DNA of 64,000 bases. Source: Octopus sinensis. Taxonomy: Eukaryota. Where the stretch lies: assembly GCF_006345805.1 (NCBI RefSeq), contig NC_043011.1, positions 37,894,464-37,958,463 on the forward strand, written 5' to 3'. The first letter of the stretch is position 1. Each line of letters begins with the position of its first letter. Below are positions 1 through 11,015 of the stretch, piece after piece. The position numbers and the translations under genes are program-made. The notes under the pieces were generated by a model that did no database searches, was not told the origin of the DNA, and was given only the letters and a program-made list of their open reading frames with translations.

Positions 1-43
<43 letters not shown>

Positions 44-52
44 CATCATGTA
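1..52. repeat. (TTA)n microsatellite
   Basis: Direct reading; near-perfect triplet array. Confidence 0.95.
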
Positions 53-555
53 TAAAGTCATCAACTATATTCATCGCCGATAAATAGCTGATAATCATTA
101 CAATCACATAAGAACTGTGAATGAAGAGAAAATATCGTGTTTTTGAAGAGCAATCTGCTAAGATCTGCGGTATAATTTGCGACAAATTTAATAAACGTTA
201 TCAGATGGCAGGCCTCTTTAAAGGCCATTCAAAATATTCAAATTAATTAACTAGTCCAGAAAATTTGTTATCAAGGATCATTTCAATTAGGAAATTATGA
301 CTTCGTTAATTACACTTTATTTTATATCGTTTTTAATAATGTAGATTTATCTCTTAAAAAAACTGTTATCGAGTATTATCGCTATTTTTATAGTTATTCA
401 GTTTGTTACTACCATTATTATTACTACTATTACCATAATTATTATTGTTGTTGTTGTTCTTCTTCTTCATATTATTATTATCATCACCATCGTCATCATT
501 ATTATCATTATCATCACATGTGAGAGCAGCAACATTATTGATATTGTTATTGTTA

Positions 556-572
556 TTATTACTATTATATTA

Positions 573-624
<52 letters not shown>

Positions 625-657
625 GTCGTAGTAGTAGTAGTAGTAGTGGTGGTGGTG

Positions 658-690
<33 letters not shown>

Positions 691-743
691 CCAGTAGTAG
701 TAGTAGTTGCAGTAGTAGTAGTATCATCATCATCATTATCAAG

Positions 744-799
<56 letters not shown>

Positions 800-832
800 G
801 ATTATGATTATTATTGTTTTTGTTATTATTAT
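556..832. repeat. Compound (ATT)n-(AGT)n-(GGT)n-(ATT)n microsatellite
   Basis: Direct reading; explains the poly-I/poly-N/poly-T ORFs in the track. Confidence 0.95.
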
Positions 833-1034
833 TATGGGTGAGGATATCAATCGGTAAATAGTTGCGAAGCATGTAATAATTCATTACTTTTATTAAATTA
901 AGTTTTCAGTATTATCGTGATCAAAGGTTTTTTTCTGGTGCATCAGGTGCAGTAACATGTCTCTGACGAATGCAGGCGTTGCCTTATATACCGAGTATTT
1001 GGCAATAGTTTCCATATTGCATATAATTACAAAT

Positions 1035-1586
1035 ATTCTTTTCTACTCTTGGAACAAGGCCCGAATTTTATGGGGTAGAGGTCAGTCAATTAGATCGACA
1101 CCAGTAGGCAATTGGTAGTTAATTTATCGACACGTAAATGATGAAAGCTAATGTCGAACTCGACGGAATTTTAACTCAGAACGTAACGGCAGACGAAATA
1201 CCGCGAAGCATTTCGGCCGGCGTTCTAACATTTCTTATTTCTTATTTCTGTAATGCCGACAAGTGGCTACACAGAGAGGGGACAAACAAGAGCAGACAAA
1301 CAGATTAAGTCCATTATATCGACCCCAGTGTGTAACTGGTACTTATTTAATTGACCATGATAGGATGAAAGGCAATGTCGACTTCGGCTGAATTTGAACT
1401 CAGAACGTAGCGGCAGGCGAAATACCTTATTTCTTTACTATCCACAAGGGGCTAAACACAGAGGCGACAAACAAGGACAGACAATCAGATTAAGTTGATT
1501 ACATCTACCCCAGTGCGTAACTGGTACTTAATCTATCGACCGTGAAAGGATGAAAGGCAAAGTCAACCTCGGCGGAATTTGAACTC
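1035..1586 (-). mobile_element. tRNA-derived SINE family A, multimeric copy (about 3 core units)
   Basis: Reverse complement of the repeated core GAGTTCAAATTCCGCCGAGGTCGACTTTGCCTTTCATCCTTTCGGGGTCGATAAATTAAGTACCAG (pol III B-box-like GAGTTCAAATTCC). The same core occurs at more than 10 other sites in the window. Confidence 0.85.
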
Positions 1587-1671
1587 ATATAATTACACAT
1601 ATTGTGAGGTTTTGTTGTTTCTGAAGTTATATCAGTTTTGTTGCGCCTTTCTTATTCTTTTATTCTTATAT

Positions 1672-2018
1672 TCTTTTACTTCTTCCAGTCACTTCCTTGC
1701 GGCCATGCTGGAGCAACACCTTGAAGGGTTTTATTCGAACAGATCGACCCTAGCACGAATTTGTTTAAGCTTATTACTAATTCTATCGGTGTCTTTAGCC
1801 GAATCAGTTGTCAAACAGCGATGGGGAAGACAAACACACACACACACACACACACAAAGACTCACGCACATATATACGACAGGTTTGTTTCAGTCTCCCT
1901 CTACCAAATCGTCGGCTCGAGGCTATAGTAGGAGACACCTGCCCCAGGATTCACGCAGTGAACCTGAAACCTTGATCATGTGGTTGGGGAGCAAGCCTCT
2001 TACCACACAGCCACGCCT
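1672..2018 (-). mobile_element. SINE family B, diverged copy
   Basis: Matches the family B head and tail (compare 7359-7756 and 12909-13300), with an internal (CA)n tract. Confidence 0.75.
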
Positions 2019-2059
2019 GTATTTAAAACATGCACATTTACTGTGTGGATTCGGACATA

Positions 2060-2300
2060 CAATTTACTCTCTACTCTTTACTCTTTTATTTGTTTCAGTC
2101 ATTTGACTGCGGCCATGCTGAAGCACCGCCTTTGGTCGAGCAAATCGACCCCGGGACTTATTCTTTGTGAGCCCAGTACTCATTCTATCGGTCTCTTTTG
2201 TCGAACCGCTAAGTGACGAGGACGTAAACACACCAGCACCGGTTGTCAAGCAATGCTAGAGGGACAAACACAGACACACAAACATATACACACATGCATA

Positions 2301-2338
<38 letters not shown>

Positions 2339-2388
2339 GTAAACAAAGTCAAATGCGATACAATAAAATTAATTATTATCGCCGGTGT

Positions 2389-2422
<34 letters not shown>

Positions 2423-2595
2423 CATTTATACGACAGGCTTCTTTCAGTTTCCGTCTACCAAATCACTCACAAGGCCTTTGGTCGGCCAGAGGCCAAAGCA
2501 GGAGACACTTGCCCGAGATACCACGCAGTGAGACTGAATCCGGAACCATGTGGTTGGTTAGCAAGCTAGTTACCACACAGCCACTCCTGCGCCTA
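2060..2595 (-). mobile_element. SINE family B, full-length copy with expanded internal (TA)n
   Basis: On the minus strand the head AGGCGCAGGAGTGGCTGTGTGGTAA...GGTTCCGGATTCAGTC and the tail ...CATGGCCGCAGTCAAATGACTGAAAC are both present. Confidence 0.85.
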
Positions 2596-2644
2596 TTTGA
2601 AGATGACTCGGTTAAATACGTGATGTGTGAGGGGTGTTGTAATA

Positions 2645-3060
2645 CCATTCTTTCATTTGCTTCTGTCATTTGAGTGCAGCCATGCTGGAGCACCGCGTTA
2701 TCTTGTTTCTTTTATTCTTTTAATTGTTTCAGGCATTGAACTTCAGCCCATGCTGGAAGACCGCACTGAGGTGAAATCGAACCCAGTACTTATGTTTCTT
2801 TCTTAATTTAGTTTGGTACTTTTCTATTTGTCGAAAGGCTAAGTTGTGATGGCAAACACAGATAGACACGTAGACATCGTTGTGGCTGTATGTTTGTATG
2901 CGTCTGTGTATGTGTGTGTGAAGCGATTCCACACAATTTCCCTCTACCAAATTCACTTACAGGGTTTTTGTAAGCCAGGGTCACATGTTAGGAAAAACTT
3001 GGTCAGGGACTCTAGCAGCGGGACTTAATATGAAACCATGTGCGTTACTATGTGAACTTT
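2645..3060 (-). mobile_element. SINE family B, degraded remnants
   Basis: Recognisable GCCATGCTGGAGCACCGC and CTACCAAATTCACTTAC segments. Confidence 0.6.
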
Positions 3061-3277
3061 GTTATCACTGAAACACGCTTGACAGTGTGCTGACAAGTTT
3101 TGTTATTCTTATTGTTTTGTGTGTTGACCTGGTTTTTTTTTTTCTGTTGTAGATGACGTCGTTCGTCTTGTTGCCGGGTTCACTTTGTTTCGCCTCAGAG
3201 CAGCCTCCAGTGCACAGATCTGTACCCAACATCATTCCAATGGCTCCCGAACTTTTCTTTAAAGGATTTCTGAAATT

Positions 3278-3323
<46 letters not shown>

Positions 3324-3682
3324 AAGATATATATATATGTTATAATACTTCATTACTTAAAAGGGTGTCATGACATTTCATAAAGCGACAGTCTTTTTTC
3401 TGAAAGATGAAATAAATTGTCCCCTTTGATAAATTTTGTCGATTCATAGATAAAATATTTTAATATTTGGGCCATTTCAATTGCTTTTCTTTTTTCTCAC
3501 GTAAAGTCATTTTATTTCCTACTGATTTTGCCGTGCAAAGAATATATATGTATAATATAATAATATATTTGTCAGACTAATTTTATAAGTGGTGATTGTC
3601 ACTTCGTGTTTGTTTGAGCATCATTTGTATTCCTCTTCGACAAATAACCAATCACAAAATACAAACACATATACATATTCTT

Positions 3683-3733
<51 letters not shown>

Positions 3734-4067
3734 CGTAAATTTCGAACAATGTGTGTGAGTGCTCAACACTGCATTGGTCGATAAAGATTTCTTATTTGTG
3801 TATTTAGGCTATCATTACATTCCTATTGATAAAATCTCTTGACAAATATTCAAGCCGAAAGCATGGTTTGCGTCTCTATTTTGTTTAAATCCAAAATGGA
3901 GACGAACTTCAATGTCCTTGTGATCGGCTTGGAATATAGTTGAAATCTTTTCTTAACGTAAAATAAGTGCTGGTCTTAATATACAAATGAAATGCATATA
4001 TATGTATGTATATACTATATATATGTATATATATGTATATATATATGTATATATATGTATATATATG

Positions 4068-4129
<62 letters not shown>

Positions 4130-4214
4130 ATAAGGGTAGAAATTGATATAATCAATTAAAACCAGTGGCGTGGCATATGTTAAAAAATTCGAAGTTTAAA
4201 AATTGTTTTATATA

Positions 4215-4591
4215 CAAAGTTTAGAGGACTCACCACTAAGAGTGGTCAGCCTATATGCTACATATAGACGTAAAATCGCCATTACCACGAAGAATGTGTT
4301 CTCAAGAAAAATCTCAGCAACTAACCAAAATGTAAAAATAAGCAAGACAAATGAAAATATACGGAATATAAAACGATTACCTACGTACCATTGGCTTCAC
4401 TTGTTAATATTTACGTACATGGACACACAAACATCTGAAAGATCATCAGCATAGTCTGTCGTTTACATTTTTGCATTTTGGTTATTTGCTGAGATTTTTC
4501 TTCAGAACACATTCTTAGTGGTAATGGCGATTTGACGTCTATGTTTAGCATATAGGTTGTCCACTTTTAATGGCCAGTCCTCTAAATTTTG
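4215..4591. mobile_element. MITE with about 125-bp terminal inverted repeats, TA-flanked (Tc1/mariner-like)
   Basis: 4215-4339 aligns to the reverse complement of 4467-4591 (e.g. TTTAGAGGACT, AAATCGCCATTACCAC and AAGAAAAATCTCAGCAA in both arms). TA lies on each side of CAAA...TTTG. Confidence 0.8.
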
Positions 4592-4661
4592 TATAAATAT
4601 ATATATATATATATTATATATATAATATATATTATATATATATATATATATATATTATGTG

Positions 4662-4695
<34 letters not shown>

Positions 4696-5478
4696 GTGTG
4701 TGTGTGTGCGTGCGTGCGTGTTCGTATACCCAGTTGAATTCTGATGTAGAGTTCGATTTTTAATATTCTTCCCTCACCGTCAAATTCCGCCGAGGTCGAC
4801 GTTGGCTTCCATCCGTTCAGAGTCAATAAATGATTACGAGTCAATCAAATAAGTACCAGTCGATAAAATGAGTACGGGAGTCGATGTAACGACTTAAACA
4901 ATCTACCGAATTTGCTGGCTTTATGTCAAAATTTACAACCAATATTATTGCTCACGCCACCGACACCTTTTAAAGACATTTAAAGACAACTAATAGAATA
5001 TAATAAAGCGTATCCTTAATTGAGGTATGGCAGGTAAAGATATTTAGCTGTTACTTCTAGGAGGTGAATGAACCAAAAATATTCTCATTTCTTTCCTTGA
5101 AATACATTTTAGTATATTCGTATATGAAGAAGAATATCGTATCACGGCCCATTCAATTTTATACACCAATTCTGCTCTAAAACCATTTATCACACTGTAA
5201 GAAAATATCAACTTAAAACAGTTACATTTAATATGACCAATTACTGCAAATATAATTTTTTGGTCTGAATATTTATTAAATAATTTTATCCTGCGCATTG
5301 TGCGTGTTTATGTTACTCTAAATATCAACTGTATAATTATGTGTGAGAAAAAATTCCGGTACCATATTTTCAGATACAAAAGTTCTTATCAATATTCTGA
5401 TACACTATCTCTCAGAAATTGAAAGAAGCCTGATACACAAAAGAAATTAAAACAATTCTAACATACAAAAGAAAATCT

Positions 5479-5870
5479 GTTCTACTCTATGCACAAGACC
5501 CGAATTTTCGAAGAGAGATGGCCAGTCGATTAGTAACTGGTACTTATTTTATCGCCCTCCCCACAAAAAAAAAGATGAAAGGCAAAGTCGACCTCGGCGG
5601 AATATGAACACAGAACGTAAAGACAGACGAAATACCGATTTCTCTACGACCCGCAAGGGGGCTAAACACAGAGAGGACAAACAAGGACAGACAAACGAAT
5701 TAAGTCGATTATATCGACCCCAGTGCGTAACTGGTACTTATTTAATCGACCCCGAAAGGATGACAGGCAAAGTCGACCTCGGCGGAATTTGAACTCAGAA
5801 CGCAACGGCTGGCGAAATATCGCTAAGCATTTCGCCCGGCGTGCTAACGTTTCTGCCAGCTAGCCGCCTT
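5479..5870 (-). mobile_element. SINE family A, dimeric copy
   Basis: Head AAGGCGGCTAGCTGGCAGAAACGTTAGCACGCCGGGCG (minus) plus two core units. Confidence 0.85.
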
Positions 5871-6578
5871 AAACACAGAAATTAAAAGGATTGTTTTCTA
5901 CTCTAGGCAGAAGGCCCAACATTTTTGTGGGAGGGTACTAGTAAATTACATCTACCCTAGTACGGTAAATGCGTATGGTTGATAATGGAGCATGATTGAT
6001 AAAGACTATGATAGATACATATCTATGATTGATTAAAGCGAAGTATATCACCTGTAATTAATGACATATGATCGTATAGTGAGGTAGATGTTCTACATCA
6101 CAGTCTGCACGTAAAGATCTCAATTAGATTGATAGAAATTTATGACTAATGAAGATACATGATTGATAAAGCAACACGACGCCATCTGAAACATATTAAG
6201 TTCTAGGAACGTAGATTCGATGCATAGTTGCAGCTCAACTTAATTCGATAAGTTTTTGTCGACTTCAAAACATCATTATAAAAAGAATGATAATTATTTC
6301 TAAATTCAATTTTGAAGGGTAGGGAAAAGCCAATCCGTCGACTCCATTATTTGGCTGGTACTTTATTTTATCGCAGATAAGGACAGAACAGACAAAGTTG
6401 ACCCCCGTTGGATTTGAACTGAGAACGTAAAGAAGCAGAAGAAATACCACTAACCATTCTGTCGAATGTTCTAACAACTGTAGCATACCACCACCTAAAT
6501 ACATTCTACAGTAATAAGATGTAGGATATACGAGTTGTTGAATTAAAATATATAAAACATAGCGGAAATATATTTATA

Positions 6579-6628
<50 letters not shown>

Positions 6629-6759
6629 ATCCAGGCGATCATATATATTGATATTTGCTGCTGATCAAGTATGTAAAGATCATACCTTCGATTATATTGA
6701 AAACGTGTTCGATCAGTGTTACGATCATGGGCTTCCCTCCAAATCCTTTCATTCTTTTA

Positions 6760-6940
6760 AAAACCTCACAATATCATAAACCACGTATTGTTTATTTCTT
6801 AACAGCATTACTGACGTTTGAGGGGGAACAGCTTGCTATTTCTAGCAGACAGAACAACCTCATATATGTTTCATATTGTCCATTAATAAATTTTCTCAAT
6901 TCTTATATAAAGAACGCCATATCTCAGCAATCATAATTTC
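6760..6940 (-). mobile_element. Possible Gypsy-type integrase zinc-finger remnant
   Basis: Minus frame reads LLMDNMKHI*GCSVC*K*QAVPPQT, resembling the CxxCQ...PP part of Ty3/Gypsy integrase. Several stops and a weak resemblance. Confidence 0.3.
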
Positions 6941-7358
6941 ATACGTAATTACTTCTTTAAAGTAAATTTGATGTGTTAGAGACATCAGATATATATTTTT
7001 TTATATTTATATTAAAATAACTGCATTTTATGTAACCAATGACAGCGGAGATAATTTTATTTTCGAAATATATATTTCATATTATCTTGTTGCACTTTTT
7101 ATTTTTATTTCTCTAGCACTTTAAATATCAGCTACGTAATTAAGTGTGAAGAAAAACACAGTCGTAAACATAAACGAGAAATATTCTTATAAACCTATGT
7201 TAGGAGGTAAAAGAATTATGGCGTCTTCCATTATAATATAATAACTTAGGATATAAGTCTATATATGTATATGTGTGTGTGTGTGTGTGAGTGTGTATGT
7301 GTGTGCATGTGCATGTAATGTGCATATATATATAATTTATGTATACATATGTATACAC

Positions 7359-7530
7359 AGGCGTAGGAGTGGCTGTGTGGTAATTAGCTTGCTTACCAAC
7401 CACATGGTTCCGGGTTCACTCACACTGCGTGGAAGCTTGGGCAAGTGTGTTCTACTATAGCCTCGGGCCGCCCAAAGACTTGTGAGTGGATTTGGTAGAT
7501 GGAAACTGAAAGAAGCCCGTCATATATATG

Positions 7531-7561
<31 letters not shown>

Positions 7562-7755
7562 ATATACGTTTGTAAGTCTGTGTTTTTCCCCCCAAAATCG
7601 CTTGACAACCGATGCTGGTGTATTACATCCCCGTAACTTAACGGTTCGGCAAAGTTATCGATAGAATAAGTACTAGGCTTACAAAGAATAAGTCCATGCT
7701 CCAGCATGGCCAAAGTCAAATAACTGAAACAAATAAAAGAGTAAAGAGTAAAAGA

Positions 7756-7756
<1 letters not shown>
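7359..7756 (+). mobile_element. SINE family B, near full-length
   Basis: Head GGCGTAGGAGTGGCTGTGTGGTAA...GGTTCCGGGTTCA, CORE-like CTTGGGCAAGTGT segment, internal TA/TG tract and tail ending (GAGTAAA)n. Confidence 0.85.
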
Positions 7757-7800
<44 letters not shown>

Positions 7801-8130
7801 TGTATATATATATACGCATATATATATGTATATATATATGTGTGTATATAAATATATGTACATATGTATATATACACACACACAAATATATAAACACGCA
7901 CACACACACATGTATATGTATAGGGAGAGATAGATACAACCACTCCATCGCAAGCACACACGCACATATACATTTATATGTGTGTCTTTGTGCTTATCAA
8001 AGTGTGTCGAAAAGTATAATCTTCAACTTTTGTTTCCATTCTCTGTAACCTGAGTTCAATATGCCTCAGAGGCTTTCCCACTTTCGGGGTCGTTATATAG
8101 AAATCTTCTCTTTAGTACTAGCATCGACGC

Positions 8131-8131
8131 A

Positions 8132-8209
<78 letters not shown>

Positions 8210-8214
8210 TATTA

Positions 8215-8261
<47 letters not shown>

Positions 8262-8262
8262 T
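8131..8262. repeat. (ATT)n microsatellite
   Basis: Direct reading. Confidence 0.95.
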
Positions 8263-8299
8263 TATCTATTGTTCTTGTTCTTATTCAGTAGTCTTGTTT

Positions 8300-8722
8300 T
8301 TATCATGTGATCTTATATCAAGATAAACAGCACATAACCTTGCAGGTGGGGCACAGTGAGAATTTTCTTCAGGTCGAGTAGCCCATCCTCCTCAAAAGGT
8401 CCTTGAATAAGGATTGTTTAAGGATGTTGAACGAACCACCTATGTTTCCATAGGTGAATTATCCAAACCTCGAAGAATTCCTTTCAACACAGAGCTACGA
8501 TGCTCCCCCACTACATCTGTCGTTATCAGAGATATACATATCGTCAGCCACTAAGGGACATGGTCAACTGGTTAAGGTCAAACAACTGACAAGCAAATCT
8601 GTGGTATTGAGCAGAATATTTGCTGTAGCCCATCTTTTATAGCAAAACAAAACAACGTACATGATAACACTTCTAATCAGTTAAGATCAGAAACCATGAG
8701 AGCCACTGTCTGGTACTGCATC
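8300..8722. mobile_element. Unclassified interspersed repeat embedded in (ATT)n tracts
   Basis: 8563-8630 is repeated at 46075-46162 (GCCACTAA.GGACATGGTCAACTGGTTA.GGTCAAACA...AATCTGT.GTATTGAGCAG.ATATTTGCTGTAGCC). Both copies sit between ATT arrays. Confidence 0.65.
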
Positions 8723-8739
8723 ATCATCATTATTATTAT

Positions 8740-8790
<51 letters not shown>

Positions 8791-8960
8791 CATATGGTGA
8801 AAGTAGGGAGTTGAGAGGCAACGACATCAATCAAACCAAGAGCTTCATGTGGTCTTCAGCCTATCACATTTAACACAGGAGAACAGTATCTAGCGGCGTC
8901 TATTACAGAGAGGACACCATTAAGAGTCATGGCAACGAATCCAAAATGAAGGTCTTAATT
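8791..8960 (+). mobile_element. Possible degraded R4/Dong LINE ORF fragment
   Basis: Frameshifted reading YGESRELRGNDINQTKSFMW...QENSI...YYREDTIKSHGNESK resembles the region upstream of the CCHC knuckle in the fragments at 43945-45445. Confidence 0.3.
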
Positions 8961-9282
8961 TTATGTCGTAGCGTCATTGTTAATAAAAAAAAAATAATAG
9001 AATATATGTACAAAGCATGAGTCGCAAGTATCATTAACAGTGAAATCTTCCTGTTTCGTAACTAATTGGAAATATGTCACTAAAATTTTTTGCATAGTGT
9101 TAAGGATGTTTCTATTTTTCCCCGTTTCAAAGTTTTGTTTACTCAGGTGCTCCCTAAGGTCATGTGATTGACAGTTCCTTCTCAACTATAGACAAAACAT
9201 ATTATATATTATATAAAAACTCAAATACATGCATATGAATCAATCTGTGCATATATATACATAAATGTCTATATATATCATA

Positions 9283-9328
<46 letters not shown>

Positions 9329-9346
9329 GTAGTAGTAGTAGTAGTA

Positions 9347-9378
<32 letters not shown>

Positions 9379-9446
9379 TCAGTGTTATTACGGCGATGTA
9401 CTTGCATAGCAAGTGACACGATCTGAGATCGTGTGCTGAAACAAAA

Positions 9447-9759
9447 ACAATTGCAGAGTGGAAGGTGTTTATAAGTCATTAAAAAAAGATATATATACAA
9501 AAACAGTTTGTTTTATTTCAACATTTAAGTTTTATTTGTGCCAAAATATTTTCGTCACTTTGAAACTGCGACCTGTTCACTGACAAGATTTCGTCCTGCA
9601 CGAAATGAGATGCAGCACGAAATATTGTCAGTGAAGAGGTCGTGGTTTGAAAGCGACGATAATATTTTGACACAAATAATATTTCAATGTTGAAATGAAA
9701 CTAATGGATTCTGTATATTTTTTTTAAATGGTTTATAAACACCTTTTACGCTACAATTG

Positions 9760-9760
<1 letters not shown>
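9447..9760. mobile_element. Foldback/MITE, about 150-bp imperfect inverted arms around a short loop
   Basis: ACAATTGCAG..AAGGTGTTTATAAG...GACCTGTTCACTGACAAGATTTCGT pairs with ACGAAATATTGTCAGTGAAGAGGTC...TTATAAACACCTT...ACAATTGT. Confidence 0.8.
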
Positions 9761-9806
<46 letters not shown>

Positions 9807-9890
9807 TGTATACAACATGTGAGTGTGTTAATAAAAAATGAGACAACAGAGCCAAAGCTGTGTGCAATTTTCAGGACATTTATAAAGAGA

Positions 9891-9954
9891 ATGTTAGTCT
9901 CACAGCTGTTTCTGGGATATTACGGATATCCCTTCATCAGAGATGATCTGACAT
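9891..9954 (-). ncRNA. Decayed type I hammerhead ribozyme motif (Penelope-like context)
   Basis: Minus: TCT-CTGATGA-A-GGGATAT-CCGTA-ATATCCC-A-GAA-ACAGCTGT-G-AGA. Core, 7-bp stem II and palindromic stem III are present, but the cleavage-site base is G and an A.A mismatch closes stem II. Confidence 0.65.
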
Positions 9955-10234
9955 AGTTAAAAAGAAGGAAATAGTAGAGTTCAATATAAGGAGTTATTTT
10001 GGAAAAGGATGGAAAAAAGAAGTATAAAGGGAAATAAGAGAAATAGAAGTAAAAATAAAAATATACGTAGGATGTTACAGCTGCAGTTCCATTATCCAAG
10101 GAATGTGAGGTGTAGAAGTGGTATAAATGTTTCTCGTTCATGTTATGTAAATTCCGATAGGAATTCATATTTTGTCATTACAAATGGAAAGTTTGGAGAC
10201 GTAGATTCTATGTTCTCTTATTCAAAGGGGTCTC

Positions 10235-10275
<41 letters not shown>

Positions 10276-10458
10276 TTGAGTAGTGAATGAATTATCTTGT
10301 TATGGATAATTCGGTTAACGGATACCTGGGTAGCAAATTCACATCAGAGAAGACACGTTTGAAGTTACGTGCTTTCGTGTGGAAATTTGTATGTTTTTTT
10401 TTTAAATATAAATATATGAAAGAATGGAGTTGAACGACGAATTAACAAAATTCCTTTA

Positions 10459-10541
10459 TTTTCGACATATGTTTCGAAGGCCGCATATTCCTAATTGCGA
10501 AGGAATAAGGAGTATATTATGCCGCTTTCTCATCAGGAAAA
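10459..10541 (-). ncRNA. Type I hammerhead ribozyme (left arm)
   Basis: Minus: TTTTC-CTGATGA-[stem II GAAAGCGGCATA...TATGCGGCCTTC]-GAA-ACATATGT-C-GAAAA. Canonical core, GUC triplet and stem I TTTTC/GAAAA. Confidence 0.85.
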
Positions 10542-10815
10542 GCAAGGAACTTATGTCAACATCAAGATGCACAAAAAACTTTTAGATGACTGCTCACAAA
10601 CCGTTCACCTCACCACTGTCTGTTTTCTGACACCCACCCATCCACAAACACAATCACGCACACATATACACACACACAGACACTCATTCACAAAAGAAAA
10701 TTCACCATTCATTTGAACTGCACCCTTTCACCTTCCTATTCTTATGCCTCTCTTCTACTTCGTTTGAACCCTTGAACCTTTAGAACCTTCTAGATTCTTC
10801 TACATCCAACCATTT

Positions 10816-10834
10816 TGACGTCACTCCTTATAAA
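10816..10834 (+). promoter_or_regulatory. CRE palindrome plus TATA-like box upstream of the right-arm ribozyme
   Basis: TGACGTCA at 10816-10823 and TATAAA at 10829-10834, about 100 bp 5' of the ribozyme core. Function is inferred only. Confidence 0.35.
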
Positions 10835-10932
10835 GGAATTTCTTAAAGAGACACTCATTATCACTATGGGATCCGTGTGAGCAGTCATCTGAAAGTTTTT
10901 TGTGCATCTTGATGTTGACATAAGTTCCTTGC

Positions 10933-11015
10933 TTTTCCTGATGAGAAAGTGGCATAATATACTCCTTATTCCTTCGCAATTAGGAATATGCAGCCTTCGA
11001 AACATATGTCGAAAA
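10933..11015 (+). ncRNA. Type I hammerhead ribozyme (right arm), predicted cleavage after C11010
   Basis: TTTTC 10933-37, CTGATGA 10938-44, stem II 10945-98, GAAA 10999-11002, palindrome ACATATGT 11002-09, C 11010, GAAAA 11011-15. Stem I extends beyond a 2x2 internal loop (AAGTTCCTT/AAGGAATTT). Confidence 0.85.

Noticed and set aside
3130-3270. GC-richer patch with acceptor-like sites on both strands
   Set aside because: No matching strong donor and no recognisable peptide in any frame.
8664-8695. Faint resemblance to U2 snRNA (TTCT.ATCAGTT.AA.ATC.GA)
   Set aside because: Short and gapped, with flanks that do not match U2. Likely coincidence.
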